From the human T2T-CHM13v2.0 reference genome, Homo sapiens, in assembly GCF_009914755.1 (NCBI RefSeq), contig NC_060946.1: DNA of 64,000 bases. One strand, given 5' to 3'. The position numbers and the translations under genes were made by a program. Positions within the stretch are counted from its first letter, which is position 1. The number at the start of each line of letters is the position of its first letter. Below are positions 1 through 34,706 of this stretch, one piece after another. The notes beneath the pieces are model-generated. The model saw nothing but the letters and a program-made list of their open reading frames with translations, had not been told where the DNA came from and did no database searches.

Positions 1-1743
<1,743 letters not shown>

Positions 1744-1851
1744 CTAGATAAATGAGTATGTCTTGCTCTGTCTCCCAGGCTGAAATGCAGTGGCATGAAT
1801 TCATTGCACTAGTTTTTTAACTTCTCTCTGGTAAAAATATTTTCTAAATAA

Positions 1852-2187
<336 letters not shown>

Positions 2188-2232
2188 TAAAAGCTTTTTG
2201 GCTAGGCAAGGGGGCTCACACATGTAATCCTA

Positions 2233-2502
<270 letters not shown>

Positions 2503-3130
2503 TTAAAAAAGCATTATCATGAATTTAGATTTGTTTTGCTTTGTTTGAGACAGTCTTGCTCTGTCTCCCAGGCTGGAGTGCAGTGGTGTGTATTTAGGAT
2601 TATTTTGATTGCTTATTCAGACACATAATGCTCAAAATTTGTTACGGTGGCAACAAACCTTTGTTTGATTTATCTATTTTTATTATCCTACTTTAGCTCT
2701 CTGTGTGTTTCTATTCACTGCCGTCTTTCAGAGTCATCAATAGTTATGTGCACAAACACTTCAACAAATTCTGAATATGCCTAGTGTGAACTGAAATTCT
2801 TTTTCTTCAAACAGGAGACTTCTCCCATAGTGCCTCTGATAAATATATCTCATGTATATCCTGTAGAAAGATGACTTTTTTGTTTTTATGAATGGTGTTT
2901 ATTATACTGATAAGCTGCAATATAAGTTTTTATTTCCCTAGGATCTATTTCTTATTGTCCTCCCATACCCCTTTAGCCCTAGACCAAAGAGAAGCCCAAA
3001 GTACTGCTGAAAATGGTTAAAGTATTGCTTTATTCTATAAAGAACTAGAGAAAAATAGATTCTGGTTACCAAGTGATATTTACAATTATGAAGTCATATA
3101 CACTGTGCAATAAAGTGATTTTTTTTTTGA

Positions 3131-3331
<201 letters not shown>

Positions 3332-3852
3332 TGAACTCCTGACCTCAGGTGATCCAACCATCTAGGCCTCCCAAAGTGTTGGGATTACAGGCATGAGCCA
3401 CTGCGCCCAGTAATAAAGTGATTTGTGATATATTTGTGCCCACATAAAGACTAATGATTTTTAAATTCTTTTCTTTTTTCTTTTTTCTTTTTGAGATAGA
3501 ATCTTGCTCTGTTTCCCAGACAGGAGTACAATGGCGCGATCTCGGCTTACTACAACCTCCACCTCCCAGGTTCAAGTGATTCTTCTGCCTCAGCCTCCGG
3601 AGTAGCTGAGATTACAGGTGTGCGCCACCACACCCGGCTAATCTCTGTATTTTTAGTAGAGACGGGGTTTCACTATGTTAGTCAGGCTGGTCTCCATCTC
3701 CTGACCTCGTGATCCGCCTGCCTCAGCCTGCTAAAGTGCTGGAATTACAGGCGTGAGCCACCGTGCCCGGCCTTGAAATTATTTTCTATTCTACGCTCTA
3801 ACCCTCTTTATATTAACCTCTGTGAAATAAAAAGTAGAATATTGGGGCTTAC

Positions 3853-3913
3853 GTCATAGTTGCTCCTGGATCGGCAGTCATTTGATTGGTCACAAAAACA
3901 GCCACGTTATATT
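3853..3913 (-). CDS. DMC1: DMC1 exon 12 (E-YNVAVFVTNQMTADPGATM-T), 61 nt
   Basis: cag and gtaagc boundaries, conserved VTNQ motif. The remaining exons lie left of the window. Confidence 0.97.
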
Positions 3914-4242
3914 CTGCATCAAGAGATAAAATTTTAAAACTATGAGAAAGGCAATATAGATATTTAAAAGTTCATTGTTTAGATTTCAGAGTTTAGACAT
4001 ATTGCATCATGAATTTATTTTATAAATAACATCATATTCCTATTTTTCATTGACAACAGAAATTATTTGTTATTATTATTATTAAGGTTAGAATAAATAT
4101 TTTTGGTTTAAAAAGAGTTGTAAAGCCGGGCTCAGCGGCTCATGCCTGTAATCCCAGCACTTTGGGAGGCTGAGGCGGACAGATCACGAGGTCAGGAGCT
4201 CGAGACCAGCCTGGCCAACATGGTGAAACCCCGTCTCTACTA

Positions 4243-4524
<282 letters not shown>

Positions 4525-4555
4525 TCACAGATGCCATTTTATTTTAAAGATATAC

Positions 4556-4670
4556 CTTCTGAGATTTTTTGGAGTCGTGACAACATCTGGGCCAATTTTT
4601 GCTGCCGTTCGGCCAACTCCCCACGGCCACTGAAATCCACTCGAAAAAGTGCCATTATTGAATCGATAAT
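4556..4670 (-). CDS. DMC1: DMC1 exon 11 ([39 protein letters not shown]), 115 nt, Walker B and L1 loop
   Basis: tag and gtatat boundaries, LLIIDS Walker B. A 129-nt intron separates it from exon 10. Confidence 0.97.
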
Positions 4671-4799
4671 CTACACAGGATTAATGTAAAAATAAACATG
4701 CATTTGGAAATTGAAGGAAGACGTTATTTGAATAGAGATCAATAGAAGAAAAATATTATGCTAAATAGCTCTGTGAAAGCAATATTTAAAAGCTTGTAC

Positions 4800-4873
4800 C
4801 AATAGCTTGAAGATGCCAGCTTCTTCATGGAACTTTGCTGCTACATAATCAAGTAGCTCCATCTGATGTTCAC
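4800..4873 (-). CDS. DMC1: DMC1 exon 10 (S-EHQMELLDYVAAKFHEEAGIFKLL), 74 nt
   Basis: catcag and gtacaa boundaries, phase 1-0. Confidence 0.96.
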
Positions 4874-4983
4874 CTGATGGGAAATGCAGTGAGAAAATGT
4901 TATAAAAGTTGAAAGAAGCAGAGGCTAAGATCATTCATATTCTTGGGAGCCAGGCAAAATAAATTCCTTGAAGGATTTTCTTA

Positions 4984-5310
<327 letters not shown>

Positions 5311-5580
5311 TTATTGCATATTCTGCCTTAGCATGTATACCAAATGCTACATTATCCAAAAAGAATGTTACTCTTAATTTCAAAGACAAAGAATAATAAA
5401 TAATTTGAGGGCACTTTATTATCTAAGGACTTACCAGATGATAAAATTTATAGACTGAGTAAATTAATTTAGAGAAAAATAAAATAGAAAAAAAGTATCA
5501 AAATGTTGTATCCCTCAAGTAGTAAATCAGTGCTGCCAACCTTACATTGACCCAAGCATCCAACTGCATGGGGCTCTTAC

Positions 5581-5672
5581 TAGTATATGCACGTGCATAA
5601 AGTACGTTGTCCAGTACTGCATCATGGTCTACATTAAAGCGATCAGCAATGTCCCTAAGGCGATCTGGACGG
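5581..5672 (-). CDS. DMC1: DMC1 exon 9 (F-RPDRLRDIADRFNVDHDAVLDNVLYARAYT-S), 92 nt
   Basis: Acceptor ctccag, donor A|gtaaga, phase 2-1. Contained in ORF 5498..5686. Confidence 0.97.
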
Positions 5673-7103
5673 CTGGAGTATGCCAAGATTAAGGATCCAA
5701 TAAGTCAATTCTAAAAAAGTTTAGACAACCACTACAAAACATAATATCTTCCGTAAATTAACAGAGAAGCCAAACAATGTACCTGTGAAGGTATTCTAGA
5801 GGATGCTAGCAACCATTTAAAGTCTATACAAGATTTGTTTATTCATAAGTGCCTCAACTTACCATAGGTAGTGATAATGGTCATAGAAATGTGAGGCAGT
5901 AATGACTTTAACTATTAAATTATCAAAACTTTACAATAACCTTGGAAGCTAGTTTTTATGGCCTGTTTTACATTTTACAACGTAAGACACTGGCAAACAG
6001 AGATTAGGCAAATGACTTGAGCTTATGCAGCAAATCAGTTACAAGAGAAAAACTAGGAACTAAGCTTTGTGAGTCCTTTTGTTCTCAGATCTATAAAAAT
6101 AGACCTGTAATAGATAATATCACTGAATTATAATTCAATAACTGCAAAGTGAATTAATTCACTCTCTTCATACCCCTCATTGCTCAATATGAAATAGTTT
6201 ATTATATTATTAATCACATGTTGTTAAATGATAAATTTGACTACATGAACCAAAGGGTCAAAAAGGTAACTTCAAGGGCCCAGAAGAGAAATATCGACCA
6301 AAGGTTTTTTGTTGGCATAGGTTTTCTTTTTCTTTTCAAATCTTACCTGGAAAGTATATACAGTTTAAAATCTACTTTCTTCTAAAGGAGTTGTTAGCTT
6401 TTTTTTTGTTTTCTCCTCCTTCAGTCTCCTGAGTAGCTGTGATTACAGGCGCGAGCCATCATACCTAGCTAATTTTTGTATTTTTAGTGGAGACGGGGTT
6501 TCACCATGTTGGCCAGGCTGGTTTCAAACTACTGACCTCAAGTGATATGCCTGCCTCGGCCTCCCAAAGTGATAGGATTACAGGCATGAGCCACCATGCC
6601 TAGCCAGGAGTTGTTAGCTTTCTGAAATTAGCAAATTCATAGGGAAGCAAACTAAGTGCACCTGCAAAAGTATTCTGGAAGAAGCTAATAATCACTTATA
6701 CCTATAAACTATAAAGGAGTAATAAACATTTTTTTTAGGTCTTTGGTGATCCCAACAATATGTCTGAAGTAAAATGAGGTAAAATTAAATGCATGTTTGT
6801 AACCTTATTTCACTTTGTTTATAGTGTTTACATAACACTGATCCCAGTATAAGTAACTGTAAATCAAGGACCATTTATAATCTTATTTGTGATGTTTGCA
6901 ATTAATTTAAATTCCCAGCCATTTATATCCTAATGCACTAGATATGTTCTTGTTGTTAGAGCTTTGGTGACAGCCACAAAAATCTTCCATTGTTATTGAG
7001 TATACCCAGTAGATGTTTTTGGTGGACAAGTTAGACAGGGAATTGGAAGAGGCAATAAAAACATTTTCATCATGTCGGTTTCTACAAATCCCAGATACTA
7101 TGT

Positions 7104-8040
7104 TGTGGCAGGCCAGGTCTTACTAATGCAGGCCTCCATAACAACTGTTTCAGCACTGACTGAGTGGTTAAGTTAAATATTAAAAGCTGAAAGTGCCCTT
7201 ATACAAAGGCTGGAATGTAACAAAAGGCCACCAAGAGTTTTGCCCAGGCCTTTCCTGGGCCTTGAAGCATGACAAGATAATGAAGAAATTCTTAACAGTA
7301 CCTGTTTAGGATTAAACGAGTTTTACTGGGGGCCTGAAGAAACTCCCTAGGTCTCCACAAACAAGTTATTGGGGGTCTGAAGGAACTCCCCAAACCTCCA
7401 TGATTTATCAGGAGATAAGATAAGGGTAATCACCCCAGCACCTGGACCCATTTAGATTAAGTAAATTTACTGAGGCTCCAGAGGAATGTCTTTAGGACTC
7501 AGATCTTAGTTATAGATCAAAAGAAGTTAATCACTTATATATTTTTAAAAATTTTTATTTTATTTTTTTGAGATGGAGTCTCACTCTGTTGCTCAGGCTG
7601 GAGTCCAGTGGCACAATCTCGGCTCACTGCAACCTCTGCCTCCCTGGTTCAAGTGATTCTCTTGCCTGAGCATCCTGAGTAGCTGGGACTACAGGCGTGT
7701 GCCACCATGCCCAGCTAATTTTTGTATTTTTAGTAGAGACAAGGTTTCGCCATGTTGGCCAGGATGGTCTTGAACTCCTGACTTCAAGTGTTCCACCCAC
7801 CTCGGCCTCTCAAAGTGACTTATGTCGTTAGATGAATGCACACTTACAATAAACATATAGCTGAGAAGGTATATAAGTTCTGGAAGACTTTGTAATTTTG
7901 AGTTGGTCTGGTGTTATTTTCCAGGTCTTCTCCCTGTAACCGGTTACGGAAACAAAAACTCCCTCCTTTCCCAGTTCATTTGCATCTCATTATTGGGCCA
8001 TAAGAATAAGCAGCCTGATCCTCAGTTTGGTCTGGGAACA
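7104..8040 (+). mobile_element. ERV1 solo LTR (LTR15-like) with an Alu (-) inserted at ~7540-7817
   Basis: TG...CA ends, 4-bp TSD ATGT (7100-7103 and 8041-8044). Family assignment from recall. Confidence 0.75.
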
Positions 8041-9443
8041 ATGTGACCACGGGTGTAAAACTTGGGCTTAAATCCTCAACAAAATACTAGCAAACCAAAT
8101 TCAACAATACATTAAACAGATCATTCATCATGACCAAGTAGGATTCGTCTCAGGGATGCAAGGATGGTTCAACATATACAAATCAATGTGATATATCAAC
8201 AGAACGGACAAAAAACATATGATCATTTCAATTGATGCTGAAAAAAGCATTTGATAAAATTCAACGTTCATTTATGATAAAAAAAAAACCCTCAAAAAAT
8301 TGGGTATAGAAGGAACATAACCCAACATAAAAACCATACACAACAGACCCACAGCTAGTATCATACTAGATGGGGAAAAACTGAAAGTCTTTCCTCTAAG
8401 ATCTGGAACAAGTATGCCCACTTTCACCACTGTTATTCAACATAATTCTCAAAGTCCTAGCTAGAGCAATCAGACAAGAGAAATAAATAAAGGTCATCCA
8501 GATTGAAAAGGAGGAAGTCAAATTATCCTTGTTTGCTGATAATAAGATCTTATGTTTGGAAAAACCCAGACTCCACCAAAAAGCTATTAGAACTGATAAA
8601 CAAATTCAGTAAAGTTGCAGGATACAAAATCAACATACAAAAATCAGCAGCATTTCTAAATACCGACAGGGAACAATCTGAAAAAGAAATTCAAAAATTA
8701 ATCCCATTTACAATAGCTACAAATAAAATTAAAGACCTAGAAATTAACTTAACCAAAGAAGTGAAGGATCTCTACAATGAAAACTATAAAACATTGATGA
8801 AATACATTGAAGAGGACACACAAAAAACAGAAAGATATTGCATGTTCATGAGTTGGAAGAATCAGTACTGTTAAAATGTCCATACTAAACACAGCAATCT
8901 ACAGAATCAATGCAATTCCTATCAAAATACCAATGACATTCTTCAGAGAAATAGAAAAACAACCCTAAAATTTATATGGAACCACAAAAGACCCAGAATA
9001 GCCAAAGCTATCTTGAGCAAAAAGAACGAAACTAAAGGAACCACATAACCTGACTTCAAATTATACTATAGAGCTATAGTATCCAAAACAGCACGGTATG
9101 GGCATAAAAACAGATGCATAGACCAATGGAACAGAATATAAAACTCAGAAACAAATCCACACACCTACAGTGAACTCATTTTCGACAAAGTTGCCAATAA
9201 CATACATTGGAGAAAGGACGGTCTCTTCAGTAAATGGTGCTGGGAAAATGGGATATCCATAAGCAGAAGAATGAAATTAGACCCCTATCTCTCACCATAT
9301 ACAAAAATCAAATAAAAATGGATTAAAGACTTAAATCTAAGACCTCAAACTATGAAACTACTAAAAGGAAGCATTGGGGAAACTCTGTAGAACACTGGAC
9401 TGGGTAAAGATTTCTTGAGTAATACCACACAAGCACAGTCAAC

Positions 9444-10332
<889 letters not shown>

Positions 10333-10467
10333 ATTTGCAAACTATCCATCTGACAAGGGATTAATAACCAGAATATATAAAAAGTTCAAACTACTCTATA
10401 GGAAAAAAATCTAATAATCTTATTTAAAAATGGGCAAAATATCTGAAAAGACATTTCTCAAAAGAAG

Positions 10468-11245
<778 letters not shown>

Positions 11246-11363
11246 GAAGACATACAAATGGCAAATAGCTATATGAAAAGGTGCTCAATGTCACTGATCA
11301 TCAGAGAAATGCAAATCAAAACTACAATGAAATATCATCTCACCCCAGTTAATATGGCTTTTA

Positions 11364-15922
<4,559 letters not shown>

Positions 15923-16184
15923 TTAGAGAAGTAAGAGGATTAAAAATGATGATATAATTTCCTCTCATGTATTTGTTTTGTCTCATAAACCCATATGAAG
16001 AAGTGAAACCTCATTAAATACAAAGTGATTGGAGAACTTAAACAGTAATTGTTTTCCCTTTGGTTTGTCTCATTACTACTGGTTTATGGAATGACTACAA
16101 AGATTGTATATCTCAGACAAACTCTTCAGTGGTAACATTCCTATATCACACTATTATGTTAGCAACTTTAAATAAAAAGGTTAC

Positions 16185-16257
16185 AAAGTATTTTCTGTAT
16201 CAATGAAGATAATCTTTCCTCCTGGGTAGCCACCAGCTCCTGGAAGTTGAGCTGTCA
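16185..16257 (-). CDS. DMC1: DMC1 exon 8 (V-TAQLPGAGGYPGGKIIFIDTENT-F), 73 nt
   Basis: Acceptor ttcctag, atypical donor TT|GTAACCTTT, conserved IDTE motif. Confidence 0.96.
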
Positions 16258-16552
16258 CTAGGAAGCAATTAAAAATTTATATTAATAGGAGTGAATAAAC
16301 TTTGTACACATGACTATATAAATACACATGGAATCTGCTGTTGCAACTCTTTAGTACATTTTGCAAAGAGTCATGATCCTTTCGTTTCTAAACAACATGT
16401 TATATTTTCATATTACTTAACCAGTGTGAAATTATAAGTATTCTGCCAGCATAGTTGTTATTCAACAAATAATTTCACTATCTTTCACAATGGAAGATAT
16501 TCGTGAAAGTTAGTTCTCCCAAAGAATGGAAATAAAATTTAAATATTACTAA

Positions 16553-21419
<4,867 letters not shown>

Positions 21420-21609
21420 TTAATGTTCATATATATTTTCGTTGCAGTACAGAATGATCTCATGTTATGATAATTGAGATTTTGTAAGTTCCAAAATACT
21501 TACAATTTATTATTGGTTGTTTATTTAATTATATGTGTATGTATACACATAGATGTGTATGTGTGTGTGTATAATATTTCATTTAACAAAATATTAAGGT
21601 TCTACCTAC

Positions 21610-21662
21610 CTCCAAAAGCTTCTGTAATTGCCATACTTTCAATTCCACCTCCTAGTAACTTA
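21610..21662 (-). CDS. DMC1: DMC1 exon 6 (D-KLLGGGIESMAITEAFG-E), 53 nt
   Basis: cag and gtaggt boundaries, phase 2-1, RecA-family LLGGG motif. Confidence 0.97.
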
Positions 21663-21959
21663 CTGGAAATAGAAAGAAAGCATTAGTAACAGGAATAGAA
21701 ATAGAAATATTAAGAGAGGAGAAAGTATTCATATCATTAGTATCCTTCCTATCTATGTATCTATCTATCTATTCTATCATCTACCTATCTATCTACAGAA
21801 CATGAACAGCAATTCTTGGCTGAACAAATAGCATGCCACTTGCTAGATCACAGGTTCTATTGTGTATGGGCAAGTGGATCAGCAAAACAAATGATAAGCC
21901 CTATCGTTCTTACTTCAATAGTAAATGGAACCTGGGAATACTGCATGCTGTAGGCTTAA

Positions 21960-27900
<5,941 letters not shown>

Positions 27901-28540
27901 GTATATTTGACTATGAAATCCTTTTTTTCTTAATGTATCTTGTGAGGCCAGCATTTTGAGAAATACTTAGAGGAAATACTGCTTTTGTTCTAAATGCTCT
28001 TGGGCACTGCTGTAACACATGAAACACTAATTCTTTCTAGTAAGGTAGGGAGAAAAAACCCACATTTTAGTAAACTTGCATTGAGAAGATGATGATATGT
28101 CTTGGGGATCATAAAAGAGTAAATAAAAAGGGATGTTAAAACTTCTCCTGCAGAAGAGCAAAAATAACTGCAATATTTCTGAAATATTTAATCTAACAAT
28201 TGCTTTTTGAGTAAACCCAAAATGTGCAATGAAACATCCTTCATATGGAGAAGGAAAGTAAATGAAAAGTTAAACTGATTTTTAAAAGTGGTTTGAGATT
28301 AATATTGGCTGATTCAGAAACTAGATTTTGGGTCTGAATTTCTTGTAAGACATTTAATCTTGCTCCTCCAAGCAGTCTAGAATTTGTTTCAGTTATCATT
28401 TAGAAAAAAAAACAAACAAACCCAAACTTCAAATGAAGAAGCTACTTCTACTACTTATAGTAGAAGTAACCAGAAAGAGGAAAAGAAACATGGTATTCCA
28501 AAGATTATGCTTAGTGATTATAAAAAAGTAAGATACATAC

Positions 28541-28623
28541 TCAAATTCCTGGCTCCCGGTGGTGATATGGAAAACCATTTTCCTCTTTTCACTATACTCA
28601 AATGCAGTCAAGAATCCTGGTTC
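28541..28623 (-). CDS. DMC1: DMC1 exon 5 (EPGFLTAFEYSEKRKMVFHITTGSQEF-D), 83 nt, includes the FxxA polymerisation motif
   Basis: tag and gtatgt boundaries, phase 0-2. Confidence 0.97.
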
Positions 28624-28942
28624 CTACAGAAAGATAAAAGGAAATGTTCAAAAAGAGTTTAAAGATCATGGTTGTATTTTCAAATGTTGCCCAAAATGAT
28701 ATACTCAGTTATTAAGATCATCATTTGGTATAAGCTACAGTTCACTTGTCCTTGAAGGCAGTACAAGATTATGGTTAGGAACACAGGCTTTAGAGCTGCC
28801 CTTTCTAGGTTCAAATCATGTCTCTAATAGTTATTAGTTCTATGATATGGAGTAAACTACTTAATCTTGCTATACATCAGCTTCCTCTTTTGGGTCAAAC
28901 ATGCAACAGTGTTTCTTCAAGGAGTAGCTGTGAAAATTAAAT

Positions 28943-29110
28943 TATATATATATACACACACACACATATGTATACACACATATACATGTACACATATATA
29001 CACACGTTATATACACATATATACATATATGTGTATACATATACATATATACACATATACATATACATATATACACACATATATACATATACACATATAT
29101 ATACACATAT
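28943..29110. repeat. Degenerate (TA/CA)n alternating purine-pyrimidine repeat, ~165 bp
   Basis: Visible directly. Abuts a 3'-truncated Alu (29111-29322). Confidence 0.9.
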
Positions 29111-29826
29111 TCCTGGATTCAAGTGATTCTCCTGCCTCAGCCTCCCAAGTAGCTGGGATTACAGGCACTTGCCACCATGCCCGGCTAATTTTTTGTATTT
29201 TTAGTAGAGATGGGATTTCACAATGTTGGCCAGGATGGTCTCAAACTCCTGACCTCAGGTGATCCACCTGCCTTGGCCTCCCAAAGTGCTGGGATTACAG
29301 GCGTGAGCCACCGTGCCCAGCCAAATGAGATATAATTATGGCATAAAGCAGAGGGTATTTTACTAACAATTCACTTTTTTTCATTCAACAGCATCATTTT
29401 TTTTCCAGCTGTAGAAGTTTCAAGGGGCACAGAAATTCCAGTTTTCATTATTCTTGAGACAACATTTTTCACATGGTAGATATACTACTTATTGACTGAT
29501 TAAAAAGGTACAGCTGATGCAGTGGAGGACTAGTGAAAATGGGCCCCAATGTAGTCTAATGGGTGTCCCTCTTTGTTGTTTTATACTATGACTGTGGTTC
29601 TTAAACTTTGGAGAACTTGGAGAATGGGGACAGCCAAGCCCAGGTCCTATCCTACTTGAGTGAGCCAAGTCTGGGCTTCTGTTTTCTTTATTAGCCACAC
29701 CAGGTGATTCTGATACACATCAGTGTTTAGAACCACCGTATTATGAAATTAACTTCCTTTCTTTCTCTCCTCTCTCTCTGTCTCTCTCTCTCTCTCAATC
29801 ACTTTCTCTATCTCTAAGAATAAACA

Positions 29827-30890
<1,064 letters not shown>

Positions 30891-31505
30891 ATAAAAAAGA
30901 ATAAACAGTTTAAGCTAAGAAAGGAGAAGATTCTTGGTGCAGTAGTGGGTGCTTGAGAAAGAGAGAGGTTCTTTTCTTTGGTAATAAGATTTAATTTCCA
31001 AAGAAAACAACTCTAATGTCATAGAGCAGTTTCCCAAACCCTGAGTACTGCTCCAGGGCTTTCTTCAACACCCTGGCAGTTGTGGAATTGACTTGTGGGT
31101 ACACTGCCTGAGTGTACTCAGAAGCTAGAGCAACTGAGCTGGGTTCAGAGTGATTCAGTTCGGTTGAGTCCCCTCCAAGTTCAGGATCACACTGCCACTT
31201 GCATCACTCTCCTGCCTTGGCTGCCTCTGAAGAAGGAAACCAAATGGCCGTTGGTGAAGAGAGCTTCTCAGACTCACTGGGAATGAGACCCTCACATACC
31301 AATAGAGAAATGGAGAGGCCTGCTATTAAATGAAGAGGAAGACTTAGTGACTACCTTTCTTTGCTTTCCTATTTCAAGAGCTGGTACCTCTAGTGATTCC
31401 CAAAAGCTCTACATAAAAGCTTGGGTCAAAGGTATATAGGCTTTTGTCTGGCAGCCTGGCAGTTGCAAAGGCCCCTCACAGTCAGTGGGCCCTGCTAGAA
31501 AGTAG

Positions 31506-31981
31506 TAAGGTAGGAGAGGGGATTTGACTCCAGAGGTGGGGCTCAGACACCAGACCAAATTGAGAACTAGCTAAAACAGGGTCCAGGGCAGAAGCAACTT
31601 TCCATAAGACATGGCCCACCAATGTGCCATGTCAGTTTACCATTGCTATGGCAACACCTGGAAGTTACTGCCCCTTTCCATTGCAATGACCCAATGACCC
31701 AGAAATTACCACTTTTTCTAGAAATTTATGCATAAACTGCCCCTTAATTTGCACGTAATTAAAAGTGGGTATAACTATAATGGCAAAACTGCCTCTGAGC
31801 TGCTACTTCTGGGCATACTGCCTATGAGGTAGCCCTGCTCTGCAAGGAGCAGTACCTCTGCTGCACTGTACTGGGCTGCTTCAACAAAAGTTGCTGTCCA
31901 ACACCACTGGCTCACCTTTGGGCAAAGCCAAGAACCCTCCCAGGTTAAGCCTCAATTTGGGGGCTCACCTGCCCTGCATCA
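31506..31981 (+). mobile_element. ERV1 solo LTR (MER66-like)
   Basis: t(a)aggtagga...ccctgcatca ends, imperfect 4-bp TSD gtag/gtat. Family assignment from recall. Confidence 0.6.
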
Positions 31982-32311
31982 GTATGGGTTAGCTTAGCTC
32001 AGCTGCTTCAGTGAGCACATGCTTGGTCATATCTATCTCAACTGCACATATGTAGACCCAACCACTGTTGGTCTTTTTCTAATCCAGTGCTCTCTTATCA
32101 ATTGGCTATATCAATTGGCTATATATCAATCTCCTATACCAGGAGAGAGCAACTTCTTTGGTACTCAGTGCTTCACAACAGCCATAGGTATGATATTTGA
32201 GGAGACAAGACAAAACTGAGGAGGAGAAAGGTAAAAAATAAAAATGAAGGCCGAGCATGGTGGCTCATGCCTGTAATCCCAGCACTTTGGGAGGCCAGGG
32301 CAGGCAGATCA

Positions 32312-32664
<353 letters not shown>

Positions 32665-32843
32665 TCAGAAATCAATTGCTGTTGCTTTGAAACTGAAGTG
32701 ATAAAAAGTTAACATGGGGAGTATAATATACTGTGATCTACAGGAACTCAGTTCCCACAATAATTTCTAGTTTTCATGAGAAAGCCTATAAAGATTCACA
32801 AGGCCCTGCCAAGCTAAAACAGCAAAGAATGGATTTTGCTTAC

Positions 32844-32990
32844 AATTAGTTTGTTCGCTGCCTCTTTAATCTTGTCTACTTTGGCTTCTGAGAGTCCTTT
32901 GACATTGCATAGAGCTCTTCTTGTTGTCATCTGTATACCTTTGATGGTACAGATTCCTACTGATTTCAGTTTCTTAATGTCAGCCACGTT
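32844..32990 (-). CDS. DMC1: DMC1 exon 4 (NVADIKKLKSVGICTIKGIQMTTRRALCNVKGLSEAKVDKIKEAANKLI), 147 nt, N-terminal HhH-like domain
   Basis: cag and gtaagc boundaries, phase 0-0, RAD51/DMC1 N-terminal domain. Confidence 0.98.
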
Positions 32991-33599
32991 CTGTAAATTA
33001 AAGAATGGGCACAGCAGACTGATAAGATGCCAGCCTGCAAGGCTCCCATACTATGTCATGTGTTTCTGTGTCCATCTCCTTCCACCATGATGCCAATTTT
33101 ATACAAGCTGCCAGGTGGAACCCACCCACCATGTAGCCAAATGTTCTGGAAATATCTGAGTAGAACATACTCAGCAGGCTGCCAAATGTTCTGACTGTGC
33201 CCTGATTTCCCAAGAATGTTAGTGAGACCATGGCAATGTAACAAGGAATTCAAAAGAAAAGCCTGTTGGTGGAAAAGCTAACAAATTTATCACACATTCA
33301 CCCCCTCAGTTCAGCTCCTTCCTTCTACAGAACTTCATTACCAACATGTTCTTTTAAATTTGTAAAGATTTTTTTTTTCCTCTGCCCCTGGAGAATGCAA
33401 ATAACTACATCACCAAAGGACCAGGATTTTCTCTTTCTTCTATTTTCTAAAACCACTGAAAGAGATTAAATGTTAGGGCTACAACAGATAATGTCAGCAC
33501 AGTTTTACTATCAACTGATTGCTGTTGAAATCCACCCAGGTCATTATTCAAAGGCTGGATTTCTGCCAACATCATTTATTCCAGTCGCCTGACATATAG

Positions 33600-33798
33600 A
33601 ACTTAATTTTGTCCTCTGGATACACTTGACAATGTCTGGAGACATTTTGATTGTCACAGCTGCAGGGGTGCTACTGACATGCAGTGAGTGAGTAGAGGCC
33701 AAGGATGTTGCAAACACCCTACAATGCACAGGACGTCCCCTTGCAACAAAGAATTATCCAGGCCCAAATGTCCATAAGGTTGATGCTGAGAAATCCTG
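33600..33798. mobile_element. MER20 (hAT-Charlie) fossil
   Basis: caatgtctggagacattttgattgtcaca...acaaagaattatccaggcccaaatgtc. Confidence 0.8.
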
Positions 33799-33836
33799 AA
33801 TCAGACAATTTAACACAGCATTGAAAAACTACTTAC

Positions 33837-33881
33837 AATTCCATGTTTCTGTAACAGGTCAATATCTTGAAACAAAGATTC
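33837..33881 (-). CDS. DMC1: DMC1 exon 3 (ESLFQDIDLLQKHGI), 45 nt
   Basis: AG and GTAAGT boundaries, phase 0-0, DMC1 translation. Confidence 0.97.
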
Positions 33882-34459
33882 CTAAAGGAGATGAAACAGA
33901 AAAAATGAAGTTTTGATTCTTCATATCCAGCTATTTCACATCTTTTAAAGAGGTAATTCAATACTATGAGTCACTCCAAAATGCCTCAAATTCCGCTTCT
34001 CTAGAGATTGAGGAAGGATCAATACCGTTTTTCAAACACAGAAGAAGCACCAACATTGAAAGGGCTGGGAAGCCAGTTACCTTTGTCATGTCCTCCCTAA
34101 AATTTTAAAACCTTTACCCAAAGGACTGGAACAACATTTGAACTATTTTAAATATGTTTTCTCAACCCTCTTCCCCTCCAGATCCTAAACTCCTTCCTCT
34201 AGGACCAGGCTGCTATTCGGTACCCGTGTGTGTAGGTACCAGTATGGCCATACCAGCTGTTAAGTCATTAAAATACTTTCATACCAGTTGCTAAGTAGCT
34301 AATCTTAGCATCCTTGCCAAACAAGTTGTTACATATTTGCAATATATAACTATGTGTTATTTCTACTTTCAGCTTCTAAAAATAGTAGCTAACAGGGAAG
34401 GAACTTGATTTTTGCGGAATGATCGAATGTCTATATATCTTTCAACATTTTAGTCATAC

Positions 34460-34510
34460 CTCTTCATCTTGGAATCCTGGTTCTTCCGCCACAACTTGAT
34501 CCTCCTTCAT
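34460..34510 (-). CDS. DMC1: DMC1 exon 2 coding part (MKEDQVVAEEPGFQDEE); full exon 34460-34543 including 33-nt UTR
   Basis: ATG at 34510-34508 with an in-frame TGA upstream. Acceptor tttcccag, donor GAG|gtatga. Translation matches the DMC1 N-terminus. Confidence 0.97.
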
Positions 34511-34706
34511 ATTGAAAAGTGGGCAACAGAAAAATAATCACTTCTGGGAAAATAAGAAATATTATGTAAGAAGTAGTCCTTTGTCCAGGGGCCTCTGATT
34601 TCATTTCAAAGTCAACAAGGACTAGAAGGACAGTAAGAGAAGCATTTAGCTTGGAAAGATGAGGCCAGCCTATCTTCTTTCTGCGAGACATGTGACATTA
34701 TTTCTT

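Noticed and set aside
8503-8874. Reverse-transcriptase-like ORF
   Set aside because: Fragment of a frameshifted, interrupted L1 ORF2.
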